This document shows, piece after piece, positions 41,801-48,403 of a stretch of 64,000 nt of DNA. The translations under genes and the position numbers were made by a program. The notes beneath the pieces were generated by a model. The model had not been told where the DNA came from and made no database searches. It worked only from the letters and a program-made list of their open reading frames with translations. The stretch is from a virus. Position 1 is the stretch's first letter, and every line of letters starts with the position of its first letter. Where the stretch lies: positions 1-64,000 of the IMG/VR virus record IMGVR_UViG_3300025853_009406. One strand, given 5' to 3'.

Positions 41801-42897
41801 GCAACAGACTTAACTTCAAAAATAGTACCGTAGTTACCTGTTGGATATAGAAGTGTCTCCTGACCACCGTCTGAAGTGCAAGTAAATCCTAAACCTGCAA
41901 TGGTAACACCCATACCAACACTTAGTTCGTGTTGTCTGTCGAGTGTGAATGAAGTAACTCCTGTTACATGATCATAAACAGCATCAACAACATTCATTAC
42001 AGGGGCGTTTGCATCAATCTTAATCTCAAAAGTAGATGCATCTACACCTGCATTTGATGTTACGACACCAACATATTTGAGAGGTCCGACGCCATCAGCG
42101 ACAAGACCGAAGTTGCCGAATGATGAGTTAGAGTTGGTAAGGTCGCAAGCACCACCTGACTGGCAGAGGATTGCGGTATCTGAACAGATGGTGAACATGG
42201 ACACCAACTGAGCGAATGCTTCGTTGAAGATTTTAGCACCTAAACCACCTGGGTTAATCTGGGTATAGGAGTCAAGAACCATGGACTTAATAGGTCCAAT
42301 GGCATACTTACCATCAATGTTTAGACCAATAGTGCCTGGAATGAAGTTTGTACAGTTCTGAATATATGGCGATTGGTCAATATAAGGAACAACTTCTGGG
42401 TTAAATGTAACGATTGCGCCATCGGATTTTTGTGCTGGTCCAATGAATGACATCTCTGCGATGTAGCATCCATTGTCTAACCAGAACAAGTCTCCTTGAT
42501 TTTTTGGTGTAACCGTAACTTCACGAAGTGAGTCGCCAACGACTGACACATTGTCGGGAAGTACGATTGGGTTATCTTCTAGATAAACTCCAGCACTAAT
42601 TTTAATAACAGTTCCTGGGACAGACTCTGCGACGGCAGCTTTAATGGTTCTTTTTGCGTCTCCGAGTTTCTTACCTGTGTTGTTGTCGTTACCATCTTGT
42701 GTTACATATAGGACATTAATAACGGTCGCACCAGCACCAACTCTTACAATGTCTGTTCCAATACCTGGCCTATTTCTGGCCATGTAAAGTTCGCCATCAT
42801 TAGTATTAATGGCCATTTCTCCTAGAGGGAGATCAGAGACTGTAGGTTTTTTGTTAGGTACTGAAGACCTTTTGAATCTAATTTTAGGACTTGCCAT
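32848..42897 (-). CDS. Giant putative virion protein with pectin-lyase-like N-terminal region and 12 nested phycobiliprotein-like domains
   Basis: Fibre-type N-terminus (IRFKRSS..P..L..GE.AIN), YVTQDGND/GDSLR/SPYIQNCT; 12x KC(A/K/R)RD; 12x C-x-(D/N)-(V/I)-Q; 12x D-x4-I-x2-N-x3-I. Confidence 0.8.
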   Translation of the reverse strand: MASPKIRFKRSSVPNKKPTVSDLPLGEMAINTNDGELYMARNRPGIGTDIVRVGAGATVINVLYVTQDGNDNNTGKKLGDAKRTIKAAVAESVPGTVIKISAGVYLEDNPIVLPDNVSVVGDSLREVTVTPKNQGDLFWLDNGCYIAEMSFIGPAQKSDGAIVTFNPEVVPYIDQSPYIQNCTNFIPGTIGLNIDGKYAIGPIKSMVLDSYTQINPGGLGAKIFNEAFAQLVSMFTICSDTAILCQSGGACDLTNSNSSFGNFGLVADGVGPLKYVGVVTSNAGVDASTFEIKIDANAPVMNVVDAVYDHVTGVTSFTLDRQHELSVGMGVTIAGLGFTCTSDGGQETLLYPTGNYGTIFEVKSVAPGRYSDASESIEANKTEILDKALASISYKHPDFVFPGEEETNSRSRFFDSYRLIQHNKQEIIDRSLAEIAVEHPDFYFPNDNQTNARSRFFDSYRLIQKNRQEVIDKSLAQIAIGHPDFYFPDTSRNRFKDSFNLINSNKDEIIDKSLATIGLYHPDFYFPDDAETTDRSRFYDSYRLILQNKQEIVDKSLASISLDYDNYDDFFFPGDTETNARSRFYDAYRLINENKQEIIDKSLASIATKYDQFYFPGDLETNARSRYFDSYRLIQQNRQEVIDKSLAAISLEHPDFYFPGDSQTTARSRYYDSYRLIQQNRQEIIDKSLASISISYPDFYFPNDLQTNERSRFFDSYRLIQQNRREIIDRSIGNITVNYDLYPTDWVFPGDEETNARSRYYDSYRLIQKNKDEIINGSWNATRTQYPGILSTETKCKRDLGYFIDAISLDILTGGNAYSQDFTLQYFENDAIYDNGIGGEEVQSIYAFNEARDRMKLAIANNLTYTDVGITTDPLASSNTDTGACANVQTNIENLVTIVTDAITEANTTSFAGTRNLGIFNQAGIGTTATPGGFKCARDIGFLIDSVSTDVFTGGNLYSREFILEYFDDGTGNPISEGLYEEELQSLYGFIGAGEFMKDAITNQLYTKDLGISSGPASYGGGGGDIAVLRSGNEASCIDVQNNIDNLIGIVTSVVGLGTTATASDVTATINYGYFNQSVGVGTTSSPGGYKCARDLGFFIDSISTDLFTAGNYYADGFALQYFDNAAPIINGLLGEEGPSVVAFESAGEYMKDAVTNQLFNKDVGISSGKAYFGGGGPNIEVLRSGNANACLDVQDSIDALVGIVTYAVGIGTTSELPTSQGTLDVGEFNQALGISSYSPGGLKCARDLGFLVDAVSTDVFTGGNSYAIGYLQNNFQEAAGWTPTSATYNPATGDFTMIVGADHPLQTSDVIFLDKESFTFTCAMDGNKSEHSLPAKGQVAYNSPLTITGTSATSVTVNVGASGTDWSFNPTAATYDPATGDFTVTVGEHSLSVGEGVIIEDNSFTFTCAFDNNQAQKTYPRPGIDPYAGRSIKITGVTDDSLTVNVGKSGPNKYFDPTAATYNAATGDLTVTVGQHGLGVGRAVIIEDESMIFTCDQDGNATEHAYPAAGNPISGIATAINEVGVSTHTVTAATYDPATGDVVLTVASHGFANEDYIKLDDGSLTFTCELDGNTVSKSYPRAGYDYPSGRWLQISEKTDNTFKINIGAADYTGTHTFVSASANGLERQTGTFTVNVGNAGSASGSVHTFVRAECNAIRHEPQTAHTFVSAIAGAIKHLPQSAHTFVRTTIDSVKSYEPTYRGWIKTGLLGEEAPSNTAFIAAGEFMKDAITNQLYRKDVGISSGAATYGGAGGDIAVLPSGNAAACIDVQDNIDTLVGVVTAVVSIGTTATFADVPTSINDGYFSQSGIGTTSSPGGFKCARDIGFLVDAVSTDVFTGGNSYSREFVLQYFDGAGLPISNGLVGEEAQSLVAFDSAETFMKKAVTNQLNSKDVGISSGTARYGTDDTKLPVLISGNANACIDVQSAIENLVGIVTVAVGLGTTTQLPSGDALNTGNFVVNTDPFTKLSLQMEDFGTLSPGGTKCARDIGYLVDAVATDVFTGGNSYTRDFTLFYFDGAGSPTASLTGEESPSVVSFDYAGFYARKAITNQLNVKDLTISPGKAIYAGAGSSIPVLPSGNAEACVDVQANIENLVGVVTTAVGFGSTNSLPTLNVGYFNQSGVGTVASPGGFKCARDLGYLHSALAEDVWAGSNDNVVGFALSYFDGNGNPISDGLLGEESESVTAFTALGDLARGAVTNQLNAQDLTISPDYVTNDNRSASSCADVQDLIENLVGIATVAVGLGTTSQLPTLNTGFDERDDEQYRYFDSYRLIQQNKQEVIDRSIGSIAQGYDAYDAFYFPGDAQSNGRSRYYDAYRMIQLNKEVIVGAAFTDAVNNPLFSSFNFASVEEKCKRDTGFFIDAVALDVLTGGNTYASEFTFQYFENGSLISNGLQGEMDESLYVFDQARGYMLNAITNSLVGATYSDLTISVGNPTYNAGNEGSDVANTSSTACQDIQDTIDTLAGIVTSSLGAGSTASITFPLNTGLFDQSVGVGTTNTPGGYKCARDVGFFVDAVATDVFTSGNRYSQEFTKQYFNQSGAIHIDGNEVAPTIVGLMGGGEWMKDAITNQLYTKDLGISSGPQYYGIGSSIPVLQSGNENSCLDVQDNIDTLVGIVTVSLGAGSTASFGALTYDTGIFDRGTGIGTTENPGGYKCARDLGFLVDAVSTDVFTGGNRYSRGFSEQYYYADGSVIRGGLDGELAPSLTAFEAAEPLMKRAVTNQLYSKDLTLTFGPASYNGAGGNIQYNASGNGETCADVQANIENLVGIVTVVVAAGNTAALYDGTYGINNGYFYLQPGEFGQTVGYGTDADDFVGLGTTSSPGGYKCARDIGYLVDAVSTDVFLGGNTYSRDFTKQYFTGTGQPLTPGLYGERSESVTAFGKAGDYMKGALTNQLYTKDLTLSFGGANYGVGPVITYTRSGNPETCQDVQDVVDNRIGIVTTVIGIGTLTELDNFLPNAGRLLDQETKCRRDIGYIVDAVKNDLLNFTNKNIISATNYYFDQETGKPLSDALIGEEVETVTAFRASADYMQLAINNQLNSKNFKLAPDPVLNSNNDPDACQNVQDTIDNLIGIATDAIVKGQPTTCSVATTSTDFTANVGKGPFPHFYTSGGTVQINPQRPFDGQVTVFDKLYYQVDKIRVTTKGSGYTSTPEVTIGNPTTAWGVPAQAIATVENGQVTGVEVVSSGRGFIVPPTVTIGAPIGGGTPARIVIDMYPSYYTVNKATYPSAGISTITLDAQVPYEVTAGMEVEFYKQSRVLASSHAFEYIGSGIDVKAALPQNGGVTIAENETVNLNGGLVVFTSTDQSGNFKIGDGLIINQNTGTISGTAYSKSLFSTLTPFILALGGE

Positions 42898-42979
42898 TAA
42901 CCCATCCAGAAAAATTTTCGGTACTTTTACTTTATTTATGAAATATCTTTATTAAGTTACATTACAATATTATAAATCT

Positions 42980-43492
42980 TTAAAGTCCGTAGAGTCCACA
43001 ATCAACAGTAATATTCTCCATCAATCTCTCACCATCTTCACAGGTGATGACTTGAGACTGACCAGCGCAATCATTCAACCATAGTGCTCCAATTTCAAGA
43101 GCAGCATATGCTTCTGCAAGAACACTATTACTATTTAATATAGCTCTCTGAGCAAACTTCATTCTATCATCATCATTATCATAATACATTGCTGCTTTCT
43201 CTGAAGAGTTAGTAGCAGTATCAAAATAGTTCAGAACAACGCCAACATCATTACCCAAATCTTGAGTTGGAGGAACTAACTCTCCAGTAGCCTCATCTAA
43301 TATTAAACCAAGTTCGATTAAAGGATCTCTGAGCGTGAAAGTTTCAGAATCTACAAGGAATCTTCCACCATCAATAAGCAAATCACCAGTAATATTGGCA
43401 TTACCAATAACTGTTAGTACAGTTTCAAAGTCAGTGTATCCCTGAACACCAAGTGTTAACTCCCTTTGAGTAGGACTTAAATATTTTGTCAT
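42980..43492 (-). CDS. Hypothetical structural protein
   Basis: 170 aa; N-terminus (KYLS..R.L.LG...YT) resembles the 29957 and 45107 ORFs. Confidence 0.7.
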   Translation of the reverse strand: MTKYLSPTQRELTLGVQGYTDFETVLTVIGNANITGDLLIDGGRFLVDSETFTLRDPLIELGLILDEATGELVPPTQDLGNDVGVVLNYFDTATNSSEKAAMYYDNDDDRMKFAQRAILNSNSVLAEAYAALEIGALWLNDCAGQSQVITCEDGERLMENITVDCGLYGL

Positions 43493-43541
43493 TTAGAAAT
43501 AACCCTTCTTAACCGTAAAGTTATTTAGTGAAATAATGTAC

Positions 43542-44108
43542 TTAATATTCCCCACCATCAAAATCGATACGGTTATCAAGATCTGTGTCAAGTTGATCAA
43601 TAAAGACTTCTGGTAGACCTGGATTCTCGGGTTCTTCAACAGCAGCAGAAAGAACGTTGTCTGGGTTTTCCGCTCTCCACTTATCGAGTAGTTCATTATA
43701 CATGAGAGTGTATCTATCTTTAGCATCATCGACATCAGTATCGACAAGATCGGATAGACGAAGACCACTAAGTTTATCAAGGATAGCTTGCAGAAGCTCG
43801 TTAGATGAGTCTAGTTGTAAGTTAGATCTTAAGTATGCTAAGAAATCTTCAGGTAATCCTGGTTGAGTAGTTTCAGTTAAAGCAGCAGCACTAAAAATCT
43901 CATCGGGGTTAACTGATTCATATTTTTCAGTATTCTCATTAAACATTAACACATATTTATCCAATGTGTTGTCTATGTCAACATCCTGAAGATCGGAAAG
44001 TTTCCTTGCCATTACTATTCCTGATTTAGTAACTACTTTAATATTTCCTAATGGGAGTTTACTTTTTACATTAAATAGTTTTTTTCTTACTCTGACTTTG
44101 ATTGTCAT
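43542..44108 (-). CDS. Hypothetical structural protein with internal duplication
   Basis: Two copies of LSDLxDxD...Y.LM.N....NPD....AA.......PGLPE.F; ends DGGEY. Confidence 0.75.
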   Translation of the reverse strand: MTIKVRVRKKLFNVKSKLPLGNIKVVTKSGIVMARKLSDLQDVDIDNTLDKYVLMFNENTEKYESVNPDEIFSAAALTETTQPGLPEDFLAYLRSNLQLDSSNELLQAILDKLSGLRLSDLVDTDVDDAKDRYTLMYNELLDKWRAENPDNVLSAAVEEPENPGLPEVFIDQLDTDLDNRIDFDGGEY

Positions 44109-44437
44109 ATGGTAGTATCCTCGACAATTATTGTTCCAGTTACAACTCTAGTGACAAAATCTAACTCACTATTTTGAATAAACACATCAAAATAGTTTCT
44201 TCCAGAGCTCAACTCCGTTGTCATGGATCTCCCCATGGAGATATTTACCTCTGCATCTGCTGTAGTAATACCAACAACAAAACTATGCGACTTAGTTGCT
44301 GTTGGATGTTTTTTGATCTTTGCAAATGCAGTAGTATATAGCAAGTTGAGCATGTCGCCGTCATCACCAGTTAGATAGAATGATGCTTCAAAATCTGCAC
44401 CTTTTTCTATTGTTAGGTTAACAACAGATGCACTCAT
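44105..44437 (-). CDS. Small baseplate/adaptor-like hypothetical protein
   Basis: NLTIEKGADF...GRNYFDV...RVVTG. Confidence 0.7.
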   Translation of the reverse strand: MSASVVNLTIEKGADFEASFYLTGDDGDMLNLLYTTAFAKIKKHPTATKSHSFVVGITTADAEVNISMGRSMTTELSSGRNYFDVFIQNSELDFVTRVVTGTIIVEDTTI

Positions 44438-44467
44438 TTTCTTATACCTTTACCGTAATTCTATTTA

Positions 44468-45094
44468 TTAAAAAGCACCGCCATCAAAATCTGTGATTGC
44501 TCCTACTGTTCCAACATACCTCCATCCTTTAATATAAACACTTGCGCCGCCAGTAACTAAAGTTGGTACATTTGTTCCCGCAAAGTTTAATATCCCAGAT
44601 GAGTAATCAAAAAACCATTCATCATTATTACCGCTACCTCCAGCAGAAAGTTTCGTCCCCCCAGATGCTGGATTTCCTGCATAAACTTCTACAATATAAT
44701 CTGACCCAAACTGAGTATCAATCCAGTTAGTTACATTGGCAGAAGTATTTACTCCAACTATCTCTCTGGCAATAAAGCTTCTTCTACCACCAACAGTGTT
44801 ATCCTCTGTCATTGGATAAGCATTGGATGTTCCATATGTTTCAATCAAAGTATATGATGGATATCCTTCTCCAGGAACAATGATCAAATCTCCTGTCGGT
44901 GGAGTTGATGGTATCCTAGCAGACTCAAACCAAAGACCGTTGTTTGGTATTATTATGGGTGATGGTATTGGTTCCGCAAACGGAGCTTTTTTAGTCCCCG
45001 AAAGAGTGGAATCCTCAGCAATACCAGTTTTACTTGATGAATATCCTAACTTCTTTAGAAGAAAGTCAACCTTTTGCTGTTGAGATAATGCCAT
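44468..45094 (-). CDS. Stand-alone paralog of the collagen fibre N-terminal domain
   Basis: Near-identical KTGIAEDSTLSGTKKAPFAE and WFFDYSSGILNF. Confidence 0.85.
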   Translation of the reverse strand: MALSQQQKVDFLLKKLGYSSSKTGIAEDSTLSGTKKAPFAEPIPSPIIIPNNGLWFESARIPSTPPTGDLIIVPGEGYPSYTLIETYGTSNAYPMTEDNTVGGRRSFIAREIVGVNTSANVTNWIDTQFGSDYIVEVYAGNPASGGTKLSAGGSGNNDEWFFDYSSGILNFAGTNVPTLVTGGASVYIKGWRYVGTVGAITDFDGGAF

Positions 45095-45106
45095 TAGATC
45101 CTAGTA

Positions 45107-47125
45107 TTAAGTATTGCGGAATGACAATGTGTTAATCTGATCTCCAGAATCCAATCTGATTCTTATGAGTATTCTATTAAAAGCATCATTAGACGATGAC
45201 TCAGTACCAAATACGCATGTAAAAGTTCCTGTCCCTCCAGTCATATTTCCTGCAAAAGCGCATCCAGGAAGGGCGCTATTAGGAATACCAGAACCTCTAT
45301 ATGCTTCGAACATATCTGCCCAACCATTGGTTCCAGATAGGGATGTATTCCATTGGGTATTGTTTGGCATACAAACCCAAAATCCACCATAAGATCCATT
45401 GATTGAAATCAAAAACTCTGAAACGTTTGTTCTAAACATTTCAAGTTGAATGTATTGAGCTCCAGTCCTACCAGAAGAATAATCTGGTCCTACTGGAAGA
45501 TATCCAGTAGAATAGTTTGTTTGATCGTGTCTTAAATCACCACCAACAACAACAGCTTCATAAGTTGCTATTGGGTTTGATGCAACCCAAGAAGTAGTAA
45601 CAGGTGTTGGATTATCTCCAGAAGAACCAGCATTAACTCTTCTAGCATTTCCAGATCCCGTTCCTAAAGTTTGAATGAGAATATTATCTTCATCTATCAC
45701 ATCAGTTCTAGCAGTTGTACCCATGATATTTACATTCTCAGTTATAGTTGCACGAACACTATTTGATCCATATGGAGTGGTTGCAGTATAGTTTGAGAAT
45801 TTCTGAGTGTTGGTGGTTACAGTGACATGAGAATTTCTAGGAACTTGAGACAATGTACATGTAACTCCAACACCAACACCAAAGTTTCTTACTGGTGGAT
45901 TAACACCGTCAGTAAAATCTGGATATGATTTATTTCCCCCATTTTGAAATCCAGTAGTTTGACCAGAAGAAGTCAAGAATGTATTTGTAGAATACATATC
46001 TCCAGTTGCATTCTGACAAACAATCTCATATACAAAAGCATTATTTGTTGCTTGTGTATAATGAGGAATACCCGAAGAATAGTTTAGTGTTGGTGATGCA
46101 GGTGTTACTGGAGTAGTTGCTGCCAAAACAGGAGCAGGTACTACACTAGGATCTTCATAATATAAGTATTTTTGAGATTCATATATGATAGTTCCAACTT
46201 GATGTTTAATATAACCCATATTAAATCCATCAGGTGATGAAGCATTTAATATTCTTGAGTCGTATACCTCATAAAAGTTTGATGTAATACCAGGATTTCT
46301 AGATGATAAAAATGCGTCTTTATCATTTGCAATCTCCAATGATGTGTAAACACCATTATCACTGTTAATATCATTAGAGATACTATTATCAGGATTGATA
46401 ACATCATTTGTTATCATCATCCTAGTTCCTTTAGGATCAAAGTTTATCATAGCAGAAACATCACCATCATCACCAGGACCATACTCAGTCAACCAGGTTG
46501 ATGTAACACTGTTGCTAGTATTTCTTGGATATTGTGTTCCTGCTACTGGAGAAAATACCCCAACAGTATTATTAGTAAAAGAAAATCCTGAGCACAATCT
46601 ACCAACATTAAGTCCAACTATACTAAAAGAAGCGTCAAGAATAGTTGCTGGTGGTTTTGGAACTAGTTTTCCTAGAATAAAGTTAATATCATTAATAGAG
46701 TTTTTTGTAAACTGAGTTTCATCTATTTCAATAGCGCCAGGTTTAAATCCACCAGCAGGTTCACCAAATCTTAAAGGACCATTATATTCACCAGCAGAAA
46801 CAGCATTACTTATATCAACGGTTCCTCTGAATAGTGAAGGACCATTAACATCAAAATCTGTAGTAGGTTCACTATCAGTATTTCCAATAGCAACCTTACC
46901 CCTAAAACTACTTATTCCAGTTGCAAACGTATCTTTTGGTTTTAATGTAGTATCAACACTCAAAACGCCAGAGACTAAACCGTCTCCAACGACATGAAAA
47001 TCTGATCTGGCAATATCAGTTTTAACTCCAACATTGCCAGTAACTTGTAGTGCTGTAGTGTTGTCAGTATATGATGGTATACCAACCCTAAGTGTTCTGT
47101 TAAGTTGACTTAAATACTTTGCCAT
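45107..47125 (-). CDS. Putative virion structural protein; paralog of 29957-32086
   Basis: Extensive colinear similarity over the C-terminal ~530 aa. Confidence 0.75.
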   Translation of the reverse strand: MAKYLSQLNRTLRVGIPSYTDNTTALQVTGNVGVKTDIARSDFHVVGDGLVSGVLSVDTTLKPKDTFATGISSFRGKVAIGNTDSEPTTDFDVNGPSLFRGTVDISNAVSAGEYNGPLRFGEPAGGFKPGAIEIDETQFTKNSINDINFILGKLVPKPPATILDASFSIVGLNVGRLCSGFSFTNNTVGVFSPVAGTQYPRNTSNSVTSTWLTEYGPGDDGDVSAMINFDPKGTRMMITNDVINPDNSISNDINSDNGVYTSLEIANDKDAFLSSRNPGITSNFYEVYDSRILNASSPDGFNMGYIKHQVGTIIYESQKYLYYEDPSVVPAPVLAATTPVTPASPTLNYSSGIPHYTQATNNAFVYEIVCQNATGDMYSTNTFLTSSGQTTGFQNGGNKSYPDFTDGVNPPVRNFGVGVGVTCTLSQVPRNSHVTVTTNTQKFSNYTATTPYGSNSVRATITENVNIMGTTARTDVIDEDNILIQTLGTGSGNARRVNAGSSGDNPTPVTTSWVASNPIATYEAVVVGGDLRHDQTNYSTGYLPVGPDYSSGRTGAQYIQLEMFRTNVSEFLISINGSYGGFWVCMPNNTQWNTSLSGTNGWADMFEAYRGSGIPNSALPGCAFAGNMTGGTGTFTCVFGTESSSNDAFNRILIRIRLDSGDQINTLSFRNT

Positions 47126-47181
47126 TTATTCGTTTACTAAAATGCAATGACAAAAAGATTATTATAGTTATATGTTTTTAT

Positions 47182-47706
47182 TTAGTCAATTTGTTTGTCG
47201 AACTCAAACATCCCATACTCTGATCCCCATACCATTTTTTTAGTTACAGGATCATATCCCCTATCAATAACTCTATAAGTATTTTTTCTCAATTCAGACA
47301 TGGTAAATAAGAACGATTCTTTACCATTTTTATTTACCATACATTCACACCCCATGATCATACCATAATAAACACCATTCTGTTTAGTAAAAATACAATC
47401 ACAGTTCTCATTCTTTTCTAAATCATCTTCAGTGATTTTATCTATATCAGTGAAATATAAAAATCTTTTACCATCCTTCACTTTATAACTACTAACTATT
47501 AGTTTATCTTCATACTGATTTATCTCCAGAACAAACTGTCTATAAGGAGGTTGTTTGCGAACAGAATATTTCTGTTCTCCATAAATCATATTATTACTTA
47601 ATAACTCATGACGTAAACTAATCTGAGAATATTGTGAAGGGTATGAAAATGCTTGTTTTCGATTATGAAAAGATCCAAGTAACCATTCTGTAAACTCCTC
47701 AATCAT
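47182..47706 (-). CDS. cpcT: T-type phycobiliprotein lyase (CpcT/CpeT family)
   Basis: G.F.NRKQA..P, YGEQ..PYRQ, C.C.F, DRGYD..VWGS..G.FEF. Confidence 0.9.
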   Translation of the reverse strand: MIEEFTEWLLGSFHNRKQAFSYPSQYSQISLRHELLSNNMIYGEQKYSVRKQPPYRQFVLEINQYEDKLIVSSYKVKDGKRFLYFTDIDKITEDDLEKNENCDCIFTKQNGVYYGMIMGCECMVNKNGKESFLFTMSELRKNTYRVIDRGYDPVTKKMVWGSEYGMFEFDKQID

Positions 47707-48398
47707 TCAGTACTACCTCTTCTTTGATGACGTATTAATGTAGAAAATAATACCTTACCAATAGCAGATATTAGATTACCTTCAATTTCATTAAAGACAT
47801 TCATATTTAGTTTGAATGCTAGATTAGCTTCTTTGATAATCTCATCGATTTCATTTTGATCGAAAGGAAGAGTATCTAATACATCTCTATAATCTCCCTT
47901 AAAAACTTTTTCATCTTTAATATCTTTAAAAATATAAAAGTTCATCCCAACATCAGGAACTTTTAAAGCAGATTGAGCAATATTTTTCAATACTTGTCCA
48001 CCAGAAAGATCGCCAATATACCTAGTATAATGATGTGCAATCAATAAGTCTTGATTTTCATTAGATACCTCTTTAATCCTGGCAACATATTCTTTGCAAG
48101 ATTTTGTTTGAGTAATCCTTTCTTTCCAATCATATCCTAGATAATATTCTAAATCTTTTTCTAAAGATTTTTTTCTGAAGAGTTGTGGAAAATAAATGTT
48201 TGACACAATCATATCATCTTTGTGTCTTTCAAACTCTTCTTCCATCGCGGAATAGATATGGTACAAGTCTGATAGTAATCTTACATAAGATTTCTTTTCA
48301 ACCACACCTTTGAGAAAACAGGTAATGAAACCTGTATTCTCTGCCATAGTGTGAGATTTTTTAGTACCTTCTCTTATTTGTTGTGATAGGTTAGACAT
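47703..48398 (-). CDS. ho1: Ferredoxin-dependent heme oxygenase
   Basis: REGTKKSHTMAENTGF, AHHYTRYIGDLSGGQ, EANLAFKLN. Confidence 0.96.
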   Translation of the reverse strand: MSNLSQQIREGTKKSHTMAENTGFITCFLKGVVEKKSYVRLLSDLYHIYSAMEEEFERHKDDMIVSNIYFPQLFRKKSLEKDLEYYLGYDWKERITQTKSCKEYVARIKEVSNENQDLLIAHHYTRYIGDLSGGQVLKNIAQSALKVPDVGMNFYIFKDIKDEKVFKGDYRDVLDTLPFDQNEIDEIIKEANLAFKLNMNVFNEIEGNLISAIGKVLFSTLIRHQRRGSTE

Positions 48399-48403
48399 AA
48401 GCT

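Noticed and set aside
34392-41867. Short alternative-frame ORFs within the 3349-aa gene
   Set aside because: Shadow ORFs from biased codon usage; no RBS or motif support
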